Assembly: GCA_051047955.1 (NCBI GenBank)
Contig: JBPGPT010000041.1
Coordinates: forward strand, 62,001-116,673
Origin: Cystobasidiomycetes sp. EMM_F5
Lineage: Eukaryota
Reading direction: 5' to 3'
Length of the DNA stretch: 54,673 bases
Under the pieces are notes generated by a model, which saw only the letters and a list, made by a program, of their open reading frames with translations, made no database searches and had not been told where the DNA came from. Both the position numbers and the translations under genes were made by a program. Position 1 is the first letter of the stretch; each line of letters starts with the position of its first letter. Positions 1 through 12,127 of this stretch are shown here, one piece after another.

Positions 1-828
1 TCGTTTATGGGGTAGGTAGTATCTTAAGGAGTAAGAGCAGCGCGTTAATCGCGATAATCTAGCCACATTCACGAGGATGCCATCTCCATCTTTTATCGAA
101 ACAACGCCACGAACATCTCCGCTGCCAACGCAGTCAGCGTACAATGGATGGGGCCATCGATAACACCTTTGACAAACCTGAATAGCGGATTCAGGATGTA
201 TGAAGTCGACAGCCAGACTTTCGATGTTATGGACTCATATACGTGAGCTCAAAAGGCTGACTTATCAGCGAAGGAAGCTGAAAGCTCCACATACTGCAGA
301 TGGATCGCAAACGTATCGAACTTTGCTGCATTGTAGGTCTAAGTTCCCAGGAGGATCGAGCCTTTTGTTGACGCTTTCTCCGCTGTCAACAGGGACAGTC
401 AAACGTCGTACGGCCCGACCTGGCAATACGAGTACTCTGCTCGTGAGACTTACGTCAGTACCAAGAACTCTCAAGTAACGCGAATGCCGCAACTGATCAC
501 ACTATCATCAGGGTGGTAACATCTCCTGGCCGGCCAATGCTCCCCTCAATGCGACCTGGTGGCATGTACATCGACTATATTACTGGTTTCCAGATATTTA
601 CAACGCTAACTTGCATGCATACAGCTTGTAACCGAGCAAATGGCAATAAATCCTTCTCTCGTTTCGACCCAGCAATTTTTGCAATCGAAGTCATCGGTCA
701 ATACGCCAAATTGTACCAACTCAGCATGTCAAGCTGCAAAAATCTGCTACATGCGCTCTGGCTCGTCTTCCATAGCATATGCAAATTGCGACGGTGGGAA
801 GTACGCGTCCACACAGAGCAAGTACTGA
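1..828 (+). CDS. Acid sphingomyelinase-like metallophosphoesterase, 3' part (gene starts left of the window)
   Basis: Hand-spliced exons give FMG/HIHEDAISIFYRNNATNISAANAVSVQWMGPSITPLTNLNSGFRMYEVDSQTFDVMDSYTWIANVSNF...GPTWQYEYSARETY...WPANAPLNATWWHLVTEQM...CTNSACQAAKICYMRSGSS...KY*. The GHxH metal motif, PSITP, N.GFR.Y and the C-terminal Cys cluster are typical of fungal sphingomyelin phosphodiesterases. Several GT-AG introns (e.g. 12-62); stop TGA ends at 828. Confidence 0.9.
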
Positions 829-982
829 GACAGAGCCAATATCACTCACAAGCCATAATTAAGCACGCTGCCTGCACTGCATTAATATATCAAGTAAAGG
901 TGGCATTATAGAGGGTAGCCCAATACAATGAGATGGCAAAGTAACATGGTTTCAGACGCCAATTCAAAGAACCTGGTCTGAA

Positions 983-3473
983 CTATACATCTTGCTTCGG
1001 CCGCTTTGACTTGCGCTGACGATCCTGCCCATCCTGCGACTGGCCCTTTCGCTTGATCGATGCAACAAGCGAAGAAAGCGCGTCTGTGGCAGCTTTACGG
1101 TTTGCTGCGGGAAAGGCTGTGCCTGCCTTGTCTGCTGACGCGTCCTGACGGAGTCCCGTGTCTCGTCTTTTCCGGCTCTCTTCCAACAAGCGCTGCATGT
1201 TCTTCGTCTTCATGTACCTGGGACAAATGTCATGTTGGCATTGCTATCAAGTAAACAACCTTTGCAACAGCATACCTTGGATTCGACGGATCGAGCGCGT
1301 ACTCGTGATTCTCATGCAGACTTTTGAAGCGCTCATCCTGAGCATCGACCGTGAACCGATCTTGCTCTTTTCCGAGATATTCGGTTGCCTCTTGATGCTT
1401 TCTGCGATCTTTGCCCTTCTTGAGCGCTTTCTTGGGTTTATTGCTGATCTTCTCTGCTCGCATGATGGCGTGCATGTCGAAATGTCGGCCTTCATCGCCG
1501 GAGCCATCTTCATCGCCCACGAGAAGTGCCAAGCGGGCTGCGTCTTCCTCTTTAGCTTGTTGCTCAAGCTGTTTGGCGGCCTTCTTAGACAGCTTCGTTT
1601 CCGGGATAATCTCGACCTGTTGCTCTTGGTCATCCAAGTTGAAGAAACCGTCTGGCGCATTCTCGTCCTCCTGATTGACGCCGTTATCCTCATCAAACAT
1701 GGCATTGGCATCGTACGCTTCGTCTGGGTCACTTTCTTCAGAGTCATTCATCAATCTCCCAGTGGTCTGTTTGCGTTTATCCGCTCTGCGCTGCTCCTTC
1801 TTCCTCTGACGGCGTTCGCGTTCTCTGCGCTGATAGGCATCAAGCGACGTCTCGTCTTTGTTTGCCTCGTCCTCTTCGTCTTGCGCTTGTCCTGATAATG
1901 CCGGCGTGAAAGTAATCTGCATATCATTATCGTCATCATCACCGTCAGACATTCCGTCCAGTTCGCCGTTTGCAGAAAGACCGAAAGCCTCGCGAATCCG
2001 AGTACGCCGCTCGCCTTCATCCTCCGAATCCGAGGCGAGTAATGCAGAGTAGTCGTTCTCGGTCTCTTTCGCCTTGCCCTTCGTTTTCTTTCCCTTGCTC
2101 TTGCTATCTAAGCCATAAGCGGCTCTTGTGAGCTTCGCACGCTGTGGGTCATCTGCGTCCCAGGTTAATTTCACTTTCGAGTTGCGGAGAGCCTGCACGT
2201 AGTTGTAAAATCAGTCTCAAGGCTTTTGCATCTCGAGTGTTGCAAGACTCACGTCGGTAACGAATTCTATCGGCTTGTAAGCCTGCAAATCGACACCGGC
2301 AGAAGTAGCGACATCGGTCGGCTCGTTGTCAAAGACCGTATCATCTGGTACGAAGCGGAGATCGAAGACGTTGGCTGTAGCTTCAAACTCTGAGCCATCA
2401 ATCTCGGAATAGGCATGGAGGGCGGCAGCTTCGGTATCGAATTCGATGATGGCATAGTAGTATCGCAATCTCTCGAGCTGGTAGCGTCTGAGGGCGACTT
2501 CATCGTATTCGTCCCCTGCGTCTTCTTCAATAAGATCCTCTACGGTGTACTCCTTTTCAGTGGCCTGCTTGCGTTTGCCATTCTTTGTCGCTACGCTTTT
2601 TGCCTTGCCTTTCTGCGGTTTGCCCAGAACAATTTCAGACGAATCACCCGCCTTTAGCTTTGATGCCGCGATATTCTTGTTGAATATAGCTATAGGTGGG
2701 CCTTCCTTCTCTTCGCGAGCCAAGCGAGCTTTGCCAAACTCGCTAGGCATAATCTTGACGCTTACAACCCGACCTTTGCCAATTTTTGTAGCGGATTTGC
2801 GAGATGTTCCAGTGACGGCGTCTCCGGAAGGTAGCGTCGAGGCTGAAGCCGACAGGACGGAATCAAAGACCTTGAATAGATCTATTGCTCGGACATTGTC
2901 CCAATCCAAATTTACCACTGCGATCCGCCTAGTCGTGTCTTGCATGAGGGGTATGGCAGACTCGACCTGCGCAGACTGCGAGGCAGACGTCGACGCCAGC
3001 GGGGCATCTTCGTCCAAGTCGACAGAAATTTCAGATGACGCTCGTCGACGTCTCTGTTGACTCTTTCCGCCGAGAACGATGCTGTTGTCGGATTCTGACG
3101 CGGAGTCGACTGAGCTATCGCTAGCATCATCGTCAGAGTCTTCAGCCTTCCCATCGTCTTCGTTAGCGACATCGCCATCTTCGTCGCTGCTTTCGATCAG
3201 CCCTTCACCGCGAGCCCTATCAACTGCGCGACCAGTACTGCTGTCCAGCCTGTAGAATGCGCGGACATCGCTCTTGTGCTGGTTCCTGTCCACCCTGCGA
3301 CCGTACTTGTCGACCCGAACCTGGCTGGTGCTGTCCCCTTTGCCGTCGACATGGCCGTCATCGAGCAGGCTCTTGAAGCGGTCATCCAGCACGACCTTGT
3401 GGGCTGCTCTGGCTGGCCGTATGAAGCGGGGATCGCTAGTCAGGCGGGCAAATCTCGGATCATTGGACGGCAT
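983..3473 (-). CDS. ESF1: Pre-rRNA processing protein ESF1
   Basis: N-terminal DPRF..L.SDPRF, VDKYGR, TRRIAVVNLDWDNVRAIDL, LRRYQLERLRYYYA, DLRFVPDD, SKVKLTWD and NUC153-like DERFKSLHENHEYALDPSNPRY. Introns 2193-2252 and 1218-1275 join ORFs 2217..3473, 1230..2198 and 983..1213. Confidence 0.96.
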
Positions 3474-3511
3474 GGCTGTGGGCAGGGGGCAGACGAGCTT
3501 GGTGCATCAAT

Positions 3512-3550
3512 TGACGACGAAAGTGACGACGGAACTGACGACGATGAGCT
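3512..3550. promoter_or_regulatory. Three 12-nt-spaced TGACGACG units ending in a PAC-like CGATGAGCT, upstream of ESF1
   Basis: TGACGACG at 3512, 3524 and 3536; GATGAG at 3543-3548, about 70 nt upstream of the ESF1 ATG. Function is inferred only. Confidence 0.3.
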
Positions 3551-3739
3551 GTGAATGTGCTAGCTAATTGCTACGCGCATTGTCTTTCATCCAGCCTTGC
3601 TTGCTTGACTGTGCCCGTCGCCGGTCGAGCAGCTGAACGGTCACGAAATATCCTGATTCGAAGCTAACTCGCCTGGCTATCAACCTCGACCATTACACCT
3701 GACCACACCCTAATTCTCCATCCTTAACTCCCACCCAGA

Positions 3740-5098
3740 ATGCCCGTCTTAGATCTCTCCGATGACATTCTCCGCAGACTTGTAGACTACCTGGATGCAG
3801 CCGATCTGCGAGCAATGGCTCGCATCAACAAGCGAATCAATCCCGTCGTTCAATCAGTACAGTACGCATGTATAGTACTCGGCGCCCGCGAACCCTTCGA
3901 ACGATGTCATGGCATCTTGGAAGTGCAGTCTGCTCATTCAGCACCACCAATCCGGGGTACCATCAGGGGCGATCAGTGGTCATTGCGCAAGGTCGCCGCG
4001 CTCTTGAGTGTCATCTCGGACCAGCCCATCCTGGCAACCTACATTCGGCAGCTGCAGATAGGCACACCAGCAGCGCAGGTCAGCATAACTGCCTCGGATT
4101 TGGCCACCTTGATCTCTGCCTGCACCAATCTCATCGCACTCAAAATACACGACTGCCGAATCATTCGACCAGCGGATCAGTCACGTCACACGCTCACACA
4201 GCTGTTGTCAAATCCTGGTGTAGGCTACCAACTCAGCCAAGGCGCGACCTTCACGCAGATGGAAATCAGAGTGCAAAAGGATGAATGGCTCGCCTTCCTT
4301 CCAGCGAGACCCCTGTCCCACCTCATCATCTCAGGGTATCCGAGCCAATTGACAGCCTTACGCAGCTCCTGGAGACCACTACATCGCGTCGTAGTGGAGC
4401 ACTTGACTCTGTGTCGACTCGGCCGGTGGTGGGACGATGCGGAGGTGTCGGAGTTGTGTGAAGCGTTTGATAGTCCCAAGGTGCTTACCATCGATGATTG
4501 CGAAAATTGGAATAGCAAAGTAGTATGGAGCATACTACGTCACTTTACGCCTGACATACAGGATTTTGGACTCATCTTTAACACCAATGTCTTTACCGTC
4601 CACGAATCTCACACCCGAGTCCGGCCTCCTCTAACAGGTGTTACCCGCGTGACTACGGATGACCTTGAGATTATGGACTCTTTCATTGATATGAGCGCCG
4701 TTCCCGAGATTGTGCTGGACTGCCCCGATGCAACGTCATTTGCAACAGTTGCAAGATGGTTGGATGACGCAAATTACGACTCTCACCGTCAATTACGCCT
4801 AATACGAGTAGTGCTTCGTGGAGACCACATAATGCAGCTAGCTTCATCCGAATTTGGTCTAGCCTTTCTTGCAATGGAACGGCAATGTGTCCGTCACAGT
4901 GTGCAAATAATACCTGCCGGTCTGGGAAAGCTTATCCACACTACGCAAATGCGGCAGCTCCAGTATGAAGAGGATCAACGAAAGCGAGATCAATTGGCAG
5001 ACGAAAGGCAACGATTGCGGCAACGGGACGAGGCGCTAGCCTGGTCGCGCTTGTGGCAGGATACGTTCTCAGACTTTACCCTCTGCAGTGACGAGTGA
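3740..5098 (+). CDS. F-box protein with a leucine-rich/RNI-like repeat region (paralog 1), intronless, 452 aa
   Basis: N-terminal F-box pattern LDLSDDILRRLVDYLDAADLRAMARINKRIN, then LATYIRQLQI, CTNLIALKI and LxxLxL-type segments. Confidence 0.75.
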   Translation: MPVLDLSDDILRRLVDYLDAADLRAMARINKRINPVVQSVQYACIVLGAREPFERCHGILEVQSAHSAPPIRGTIRGDQWSLRKVAALLSVISDQPILATYIRQLQIGTPAAQVSITASDLATLISACTNLIALKIHDCRIIRPADQSRHTLTQLLSNPGVGYQLSQGATFTQMEIRVQKDEWLAFLPARPLSHLIISGYPSQLTALRSSWRPLHRVVVEHLTLCRLGRWWDDAEVSELCEAFDSPKVLTIDDCENWNSKVVWSILRHFTPDIQDFGLIFNTNVFTVHESHTRVRPPLTGVTRVTTDDLEIMDSFIDMSAVPEIVLDCPDATSFATVARWLDDANYDSHRQLRLIRVVLRGDHIMQLASSEFGLAFLAMERQCVRHSVQIIPAGLGKLIHTTQMRQLQYEEDQRKRDQLADERQRLRQRDEALAWSRLWQDTFSDFTLCSDE

Positions 5099-5300
5099 TG
5101 CTGACAGTATATTCGATGCAAATCCGCTATATCCCGGTACCTGGCATGTTGTGTAGGTTTGTTGTACTACCGATTTTCGCCTGACGCAGACTGACAGTAT
5201 GACTGTGACACTCGTAAGTCGATCAGCGTATGCTGCTACCTGGTCATCCTGCCTTGTCCTTTACACACCGTCCAAGAGCAGCACAGCGACGGCTGTCGAA

Positions 5301-6626
5301 ATGCTCCTCCACCTCACAGATTACTTGCTGCGGTCTATAATCGCTCAGCTATACCCGCGAGATTTCTGGAGCTTATCGTTGGTGAATCGACGACTCAATG
5401 CACTTGCGCAACCTCGTCTTTATTCGAATATCATACTCGGATCGCACAAGACTGAAGAAGACATCATCACGGAGATGGATAGTCTGACGCGATGTGCAAT
5501 TAGGAGTGGAGAGGCACCGTGGCCCAAAGTCATGGATGACGAACAACGTGTCCAAGTGCTTCTGACTACGTTGCTAACACGTCCAGATTTGGCTCAGCAA
5601 GTCCAACGTCTTCAACTAGGGTCTCCAGATAGGCCGGGAAAATTACACTCTGACGCTTTTATCGGCCTTTTGCAATGCTGTGCTAAGCTGGAAGCATTGA
5701 CAATCCAACAAGATCTCCCTACCAAGCAACTCGTGTGCATTCAGACCACTGTTGCTCGCTCTCGCATATCCAAGCTCGAGATGCAATTGGACAGATGGTC
5801 TGATTTGCAATATGTCCCTCGCATGACACTTCGCTCGTTGACCCTCTCAAATTCCGGATTTTGGTATCCGTTCGATGAGCCCGCTCCTCCGGCCGAACTG
5901 CGGGTTGAGGCAAACCACATTACGCTCAGAAATCTTGGTGAACCTTACTTCTCGGGGAATTCTGTGTCCACCTTATGTACAATTCTTGCTGCGCCTCGAC
6001 GACTTACTATCGATGAATGTCACTTCAGCCCTGATAGTATTGCAGACCTACTGCGCCATTGCAAACCTCGCCTCGAAAAACTTGATGTCTTCTTCGGCAT
6101 TGACCGTTGGGCAATGGAGAGCCCTGATAAGCCTGAATTCGAGGCCGACCATGTGAGACGTCTGCGTACGAATGACCTGGCGCGTATGCTTCCACACCTC
6201 CGTTTTCCAAGTCTGGAGAGCCTTGTCATATCAGGATGGGCATGCGCGGACCCATCTGCGGTCATCACAGTCGTCTCGGGCATTACAGAGAGACGTAGCC
6301 ATAACCTCTGCGACATCAGGATACTAGACCCCAGAGCAGAAGAGGACGCAATTCCCGACTTCCCCGCCTTTGAGTCGGCGTTCAAAGAGCTAGAGAATTT
6401 ATGTGCGGTCAACAAGATTCAGCTAAGTACGACTACGGTTCTCGAAACTTATAAGGAACTTGCGCTTGAGGAATCGCGCATAATGCTTGCGATACAAGAA
6501 TGCTGGGAACAAGATTCCGTTCATTCAGCAATCTGGAACAAAGATCTCGTAACGGCCACCCCTTATGGGCTGTTTGATGAAGACGAGGGTGAAGCTGAGC
6601 AAGCTATTGCGGGGTCAAGCTCGTAA
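5301..6626 (+). CDS. F-box protein with a leucine-rich/RNI-like repeat region (paralog 2), intronless
   Basis: F-box LHLTDYLLRSIIAQLYPRDFWSLSLVNRRLNALAQPRLYSNI. Colinear with paralog 1 (LAQQVQRLQLGSP, CAKLEALTI, PRRLTIDEC, LLRHCKP). ATG 5301 chosen by alignment to paralog 1; the ORF is open from 5199. Confidence 0.78.
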   Translation: MLLHLTDYLLRSIIAQLYPRDFWSLSLVNRRLNALAQPRLYSNIILGSHKTEEDIITEMDSLTRCAIRSGEAPWPKVMDDEQRVQVLLTTLLTRPDLAQQVQRLQLGSPDRPGKLHSDAFIGLLQCCAKLEALTIQQDLPTKQLVCIQTTVARSRISKLEMQLDRWSDLQYVPRMTLRSLTLSNSGFWYPFDEPAPPAELRVEANHITLRNLGEPYFSGNSVSTLCTILAAPRRLTIDECHFSPDSIADLLRHCKPRLEKLDVFFGIDRWAMESPDKPEFEADHVRRLRTNDLARMLPHLRFPSLESLVISGWACADPSAVITVVSGITERRSHNLCDIRILDPRAEEDAIPDFPAFESAFKELENLCAVNKIQLSTTTVLETYKELALEESRIMLAIQECWEQDSVHSAIWNKDLVTATPYGLFDEDEGEAEQAIAGSSS

Positions 6627-6949
6627 GCGGACACTCTCGAAATGGACTATGCTTTGCCCTAAACTCGCCGTCGAAGTTAAGTATTTCTTAAAGTCAGAAT
6701 GGCTGATTCGCATCAGAATAACAAGTACCGATAAGAAGAGTCAGAATTCGATAGATCAAGCTATCCGGCAGGGCATTCGTCCAAGCTTCAGCTGTAAGAT
6801 ATTAGATAAGCCACCCTATTTTTGTTGAACAGATTTGCTTCGGCTTCGGTTGCAAACATCACAGAGCAGTGAAAGAGTGCTCTGAAGCGCTGAGCCTAAG
6901 CTATGCCCACGCCCTGTCAGTCCAAGGCGGCTTCCCATCCCCGCTTGTT

Positions 6950-8430
6950 CTAAAGCCGAGCGCTACGTTGTTCGCTGACAAACATGCCTGCCACTCCGAA
7001 GCCCGTGCCTGCACACATGCTCGTCACAATGATTCTTTGACCGGTCCGCTCGGCTTCAGCAAGTGCCGTTGCGATCTGGCGTGCCCCGGTAGCGCCTGTG
7101 TTTTGTACACGGTCAGTGGAAAGACACGCATACAATTCGCACTGTACGTGTCCTACCTAAGGGATGGCCTAAAGCGATGGCTCCTCCATTCAGATTGAGC
7201 CGCGCTGTGTCGATCTTCAGTTCGTCACAGCAGTAGATCGCTTGTCCGGCAAAAGCCTCATTGATCTATATTTTCGTTGAAGGCTCGTAAGCGCGCGCAC
7301 AAGAGTAAGGGGAAATCGACGTACTTCGAAAATATCTACGTCGGAAATCTTCAATGAGACCTTGGCCAGCAGCTTCGGTATCGCAACTGCTGGGCCGATG
7401 CCCATGATCCGCGGAGGAACCCCAGCAGTAACAATCTTGATAACTTTGCCAATTATTGGCAGACCAAGTTTCTCCGCCACGCTCCGCCGAGCAAGTAGAA
7501 CGGCTGCTGCGCCATCAGTCAGCTGACTTGCGTTACCGGCGTGTGTTGTTCCATCAGCTTTGAATGCTGGTTTGACGAGTGAGAGCGATGCAGCCGTCAC
7601 ACCGTACCGCAAGCCGTCATCTCGTGACACGACTTGCCCCGCTATCTTCACTGGCACGATCTCCTTGTCAAACCTCCCGGCTTTCTGTGCAGCTTCAGCT
7701 TTCTGGAATGATTTTGCGGCGAAATCGTCCTGTCGTTCGCGAGATATCTTGAACTGCTCAACTACGTTTTCGTTGGTAATGCCCATCGGGATAAGGCAGT
7801 CTCTAGCGTCTGCAATACAATGAGCGCGCAGGTCGATGTAGTGCATGTACACAAGCGGCTCACTGAAATTCTTTTGCACATCTTCCGACACTGGATGGTC
7901 CAATGGCTTGGCGTTCCAATGTTGAGACATAGATTCGACGCCGGCTGCTATTCCAATATCGATATCGCCTTGCGCGATCTGGTTGGATATTGTCCAGACT
8001 GCTTGCAAGGAACTGCTGCATTGCCTATTTACGGTCGACACCGAACAAGATTCTGGGAGTCCAGCATGGAAGGCAGCCATACGTGAGATACTGGCTCCGC
8101 CTCGAGGTGTGCGTACTGAGAGACATGATATCTTTAGTGGAGAATTGGCTTTGCGCCTTTCGCTGTTTATATACCTGTGCCGACTTGAAGATCTTCGACG
8201 AGAGCTGGATCTATTCGACTGGCCTGTAGTACTCCCTTGAGCACCGCAGATAAAAGATCTTCAAAGTGTGCATCTTTTAATGCCCCCTTCTTGGCTTTGC
8301 ACAGCGGCGTTCGCAAAGCACTGACTGGCAGCGAGTCCCGTCAGGCCTCTCTCCCGGTGGATCCAGTAACTCGCTTACTTATGACCGAATCGTTGGGGTC
8401 TCTCTGCAACACTGCTTCCCTTGCAGACAT
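6950..8430 (-). CDS. POT1: 3-ketoacyl-CoA thiolase (peroxisomal POT1/FOX3 type), multi-exon
   Basis: Spliced: [17 protein letters not shown]...[16 protein letters not shown]...[12 protein letters not shown] (active Cys), [56 protein letters not shown] (His), TSMCAGTG (second Cys), ending SEQRSARL*. Confidence 0.93.
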
Positions 8431-9166
8431 GATGTTGGTCTCTTGACGCGCAGTTGGTGTCGGAGGATCTTGCGGGTATTCCGGCTATCGGCTCGGCCGG
8501 CCCACGGCTGTCTGATTACTAAGCAAGGCATTGCTGGAGCTGGAAGCTGAGGATGCAAGTGTCGTTAAAGCCAGCTGGTTGTCAGTATTTAATATGCCTG
8601 CAATGTTCAGCAGTCCTACAGCATGCTCGCAGAATCTGTATGGTCATTGGTTCAAAAGGACTTGACGGCCGTTGACGGCATGCGAAGCGGCGCGAAGTCG
8701 AGACGTGTAAATTACAGGCATGCGGAGCTGATCCATCCACCTTCCGAGGAGCGCACTCGTGTCAACGCCTGTTGGCCCACTCGAGAAGCACTGAGCGGGC
8801 AGTCGTTTTGCGGCCGAGTGCGCTCACTAGCTCCCCAATGTCCTCCTGCTGGGTGGCTTAGAGCACTGGCGCAACTTCAGAAGTCCTGACGAGCTAAAGC
8901 GCATGGATGTCTTCCGCACCCTATCCTGAACGGCGAATGGCCCACACTGGCTGGAACCCATCAGACTGATCCCGAAGTCGGAGACTTGCTGGAATTACTC
9001 CGACCAGACTCCGTCTCGCAATCACGCCAGCCGGTTGGTTTGCATTCAGCCGCCGCGTTGAAATCGCCTTCACTCTCTCCTTGACTTGTCACTCCCCGCT
9101 TTACTCCTCGAACTAATTATCGCTCAAGATCTCCTTGCCTAACACCCCATTTCACACATCCCCACA

Positions 9167-10851
9167 ATGGCAGACGATCCAACACTTCTCGGTCTCGATA
9201 TCCCCACCGCAATCATCGTTTCTGTCCTAAAGAGCGGTGCGTAGTCTTGCCGGAACAGGGGGACTTTGCAAGCGCTGATTATATTGATAGACGTCAAACT
9301 GACGCAAACACTGGGTGCATGCGGATATGCTGTGTGCTTGTGAGTGGATCGTGCTTTATTGGCCCAGGCAATCGTGGCGTACAGAATACTCATTGGCGTC
9401 TTCGCTTCGCAGATGGGATAATCTTGCATATCTCCATCAAGAATATCGCCTTGTATGGGTGAGTTTGGATTGTGACACTCTTTCCGTCATTGCCTTGCTG
9501 ACCAATTATCCTTAGCAATCAAAGTGGTCTCCTCTCAAAGTGTCGTATCTTGTAACAAGATATGCGACATTGTTGACCGGGATTATTTACTTCATTGGGT
9601 ATTTCTGTATGTGTAGACCCGCGCGCCTGGACTCCCGCTTTGGCTAATCGTTAGCTTCGTCGACACGCCAGCCAAGTTTGGTCAACCGGCGTGCGATAAT
9701 TATGTTAAAGCTATGCCAGCGATTGGTACATTGCCCATCTTGGGCGGTAAGCGGGTCGTTGTTTGCAGAGATGCTGCGTCATACTGACGTATCGTATACA
9801 GCAACGCTCGTTCTTGTCACTCGCGCCTACAACCTGTGGGACAATAACAAAGCTGTGCGTCAACTCGCTCCGTGGTGTCATCAGCGCTGAATAACGCTTT
9901 CGCCAGATGCTCGCCTTTATGACCTTCCTTGCCATTTCGCAGACGGCAGTCGCAATCTGCATCGGCATTTCGCAGACCCATGCTATTCCAATCTATCCCG
10001 GTTACGTCGACGCCTGCGTGCCCACATCAGACTCGAATCTGTATGTCTTGTACTGGGTTCTGCCACTCCTTGTCCATACTTTCATTACCGTTTTCACCAT
10101 GGTGCGAGCCTACGAGATCATCGGACTCAAGCAGCCGTCCTCTACGGTTGGCCAAAAGGCCTGGGCTGTCGTCGTCAGCAAGTACGGTCAGATTTTTCCC
10201 CTCATGATCATCACCATCGAGATTTTCCAGGTCGCATTCTACGTCTCCACAACGGGCACACTGAAGGCCGTGAGTGATGCGTTCGATGTTGCCGCGGGTG
10301 ATGAACAGCTGACGCAATCTGCTCGCTGATAGGTCTCTACATCTCTTTCCGGATTCCTGATCTCTGTCTTGGCTTGCCAGATGGTCTTGACAATGCGCTT
10401 GACCACAAAGGCAGGATTGGCTGGCACTACATTCCAGTCGTCACATCCTACTGCATCTGGAGGCTCGCAACCTCCTAATAATGGCCTTACTTCCAATATC
10501 TCCAAGCTATCAGGACCCAGCGGCATACAAGCCTTCATTACCAGTCATGCCACGAGCGACAAGGAGGAGCTGGACTTTGAGAGCGCTGACTCCCACAGTC
10601 CCCGAAAGAATGCTGACGGAACACTACGGGCACAATATATGCCTTCTGCTCGCGACGCTGCTGCAGCAAACCGCATATCTGGGATCCAGGCTCAACGAAT
10701 CGCCATGATGGAGTACAATACCGCCGACAGAGGGACGGCTACCGTCAACGAGAAAGATAAAGACTCGTTCCTTGACACCGACTCCGAGAAGGCTACATCC
10801 AATTCCGAGCGCAGGGAGGTTCGAAGCGGTGTGACCGGACAAGGCTGGTGA
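9167..10851 (+). CDS. DUF6533-type fungal multi-pass (about 7TM) membrane protein, multi-exon
   Basis: Spliced: MADDPTLLGLDIPTAIIVSVLKSDVKLTQTLGACGYAVCLWDNLAYLHQEYRLVWQSKWSPLKVSYLVTRYATLL (WD..L..E..LVW...WS..K..YL..RY signature), then LVTRAYNLW, ACVP, YWVLPLLVHT, GQIFP and a Ser/acidic tail. Confidence 0.8.
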
Positions 10852-10966
10852 AGCCCTCCGTACAGTACAGACTATGGTATAGCAGTATGTGTAGAGTTTT
10901 TCCTTGTCATGGTCTTCGTGTAGAGCGTGGTCGTCTCAACCTTCGGTCACTTTTCAGTTCCTACAT

Positions 10967-12127
10967 TCATATTCGTTGTGAGATTTCCTTAGGTCCGCCG
11001 AGACTCCATTCATGTAAATTGATACAGTCCTCCTTCACAGTATGTGCCCAGACGAGTGCATAGTGTGCCAAAATAAGATCCAGTTCTTCGACCTCGTCTA
11101 GCATCTCCAGGCGAGACAGTCTTGGAGGTGTTCAGCTCGGTGTCCGAAGAGAGCAATACATTAAGCTTTACCTTTCCATTTCCGTTGCAGGCAGGATTTG
11201 TGTCCGTATGGCTTTCAGATCTACGCCATCGACTTGCTCGTATCCTCCTTTGCTCAATCGTTGAATATACATCTGTATAGAGGAATCCTTCTCCAATCCA
11301 AGCAGCTGTATGCCACGAGCCTGAAGCAGCGATAATTAGAAAGCATTGCGGACGTGCAAGCCAGATCTACCTGAAGATTGTGTATCATGACCTTCCCGAA
11401 GCTGTCGTCCAGTCCGACAGGATCATACAGCACGACAGACGAGCTGGATCCTCGCCAGGTATCAAGGGCCCAGCTGAGAACGGATTGCGTTGCGGCTGGA
11501 GGAAGGTATATCGTCACGCATTCTGCTAGAACTAAGAGAGGCAGTTTCGGATCGAGTATAGTTCCCAGCTGACTGGCGAGGCTGCTACGGAAGTCCCTAA
11601 GATCACCAGGCAGCAGATGATATACTGAGCTGCTCAACGCAGTGCCGCCCTGCTCTGAACCGGAGACGTATGAGGTCATCATTAATCAGGCGTTATCAGA
11701 CTTCATGACACAAAGACTGCCTACCTAGACGCAAATCTGGAGAGAGAATACTCGACGTAGTCTTATCTTTCTTGAGAATCATGGCCTTTTTGGCAGTAGC
11801 TTCAGGAAAGTCGACCTCGACATACTTGTGCAGTTTGGCTAGACTGCTTGGAGACGTCGAGGCTATACGAAAGAAGCGGGTGTCCGTGCCAGCTCCCAGA
11901 CTGAGTATCTGCTTTGCGTGCCGACTTGGCGCGTCGAGAAACTGCAACACCAGTCTATCGATGGACCATGTCCGCAAAAAGGTGCCAACATTGATTAACG
12001 GCGGCCGCGTCTGGCCGTGCTTGACGAACAAATGAGCAAATGCGTCTTCGAGATATCCAGCCTTGACGGCGGAGAGACGTGAGGCGGCTGCGTCGCTGTC
12101 AGTATTGCGTATGGCTGCGTCCGCCAT
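10967..12127 (-). CDS. PPM1: Leucine carboxyl methyltransferase 1 (PP2A methyltransferase), multi-exon
   Basis: IRNTDSDAAASRLSAVKAGYLED, RPPLINVGTFLRT, QILSLGAGTDTRFFR, DLRD, LAECVTIYL, DSFGKVMIHNL; last exon RLEMLDEVEELDLILAHY...QRI*. Confidence 0.93.

Noticed and set aside
1158..1895. 245-aa hydrophobic ORF on the + strand
   Set aside because: Antisense shadow of the Glu/Lys/Asp-rich ESF1 exon; hydrophobicity follows from complementary codon bias.
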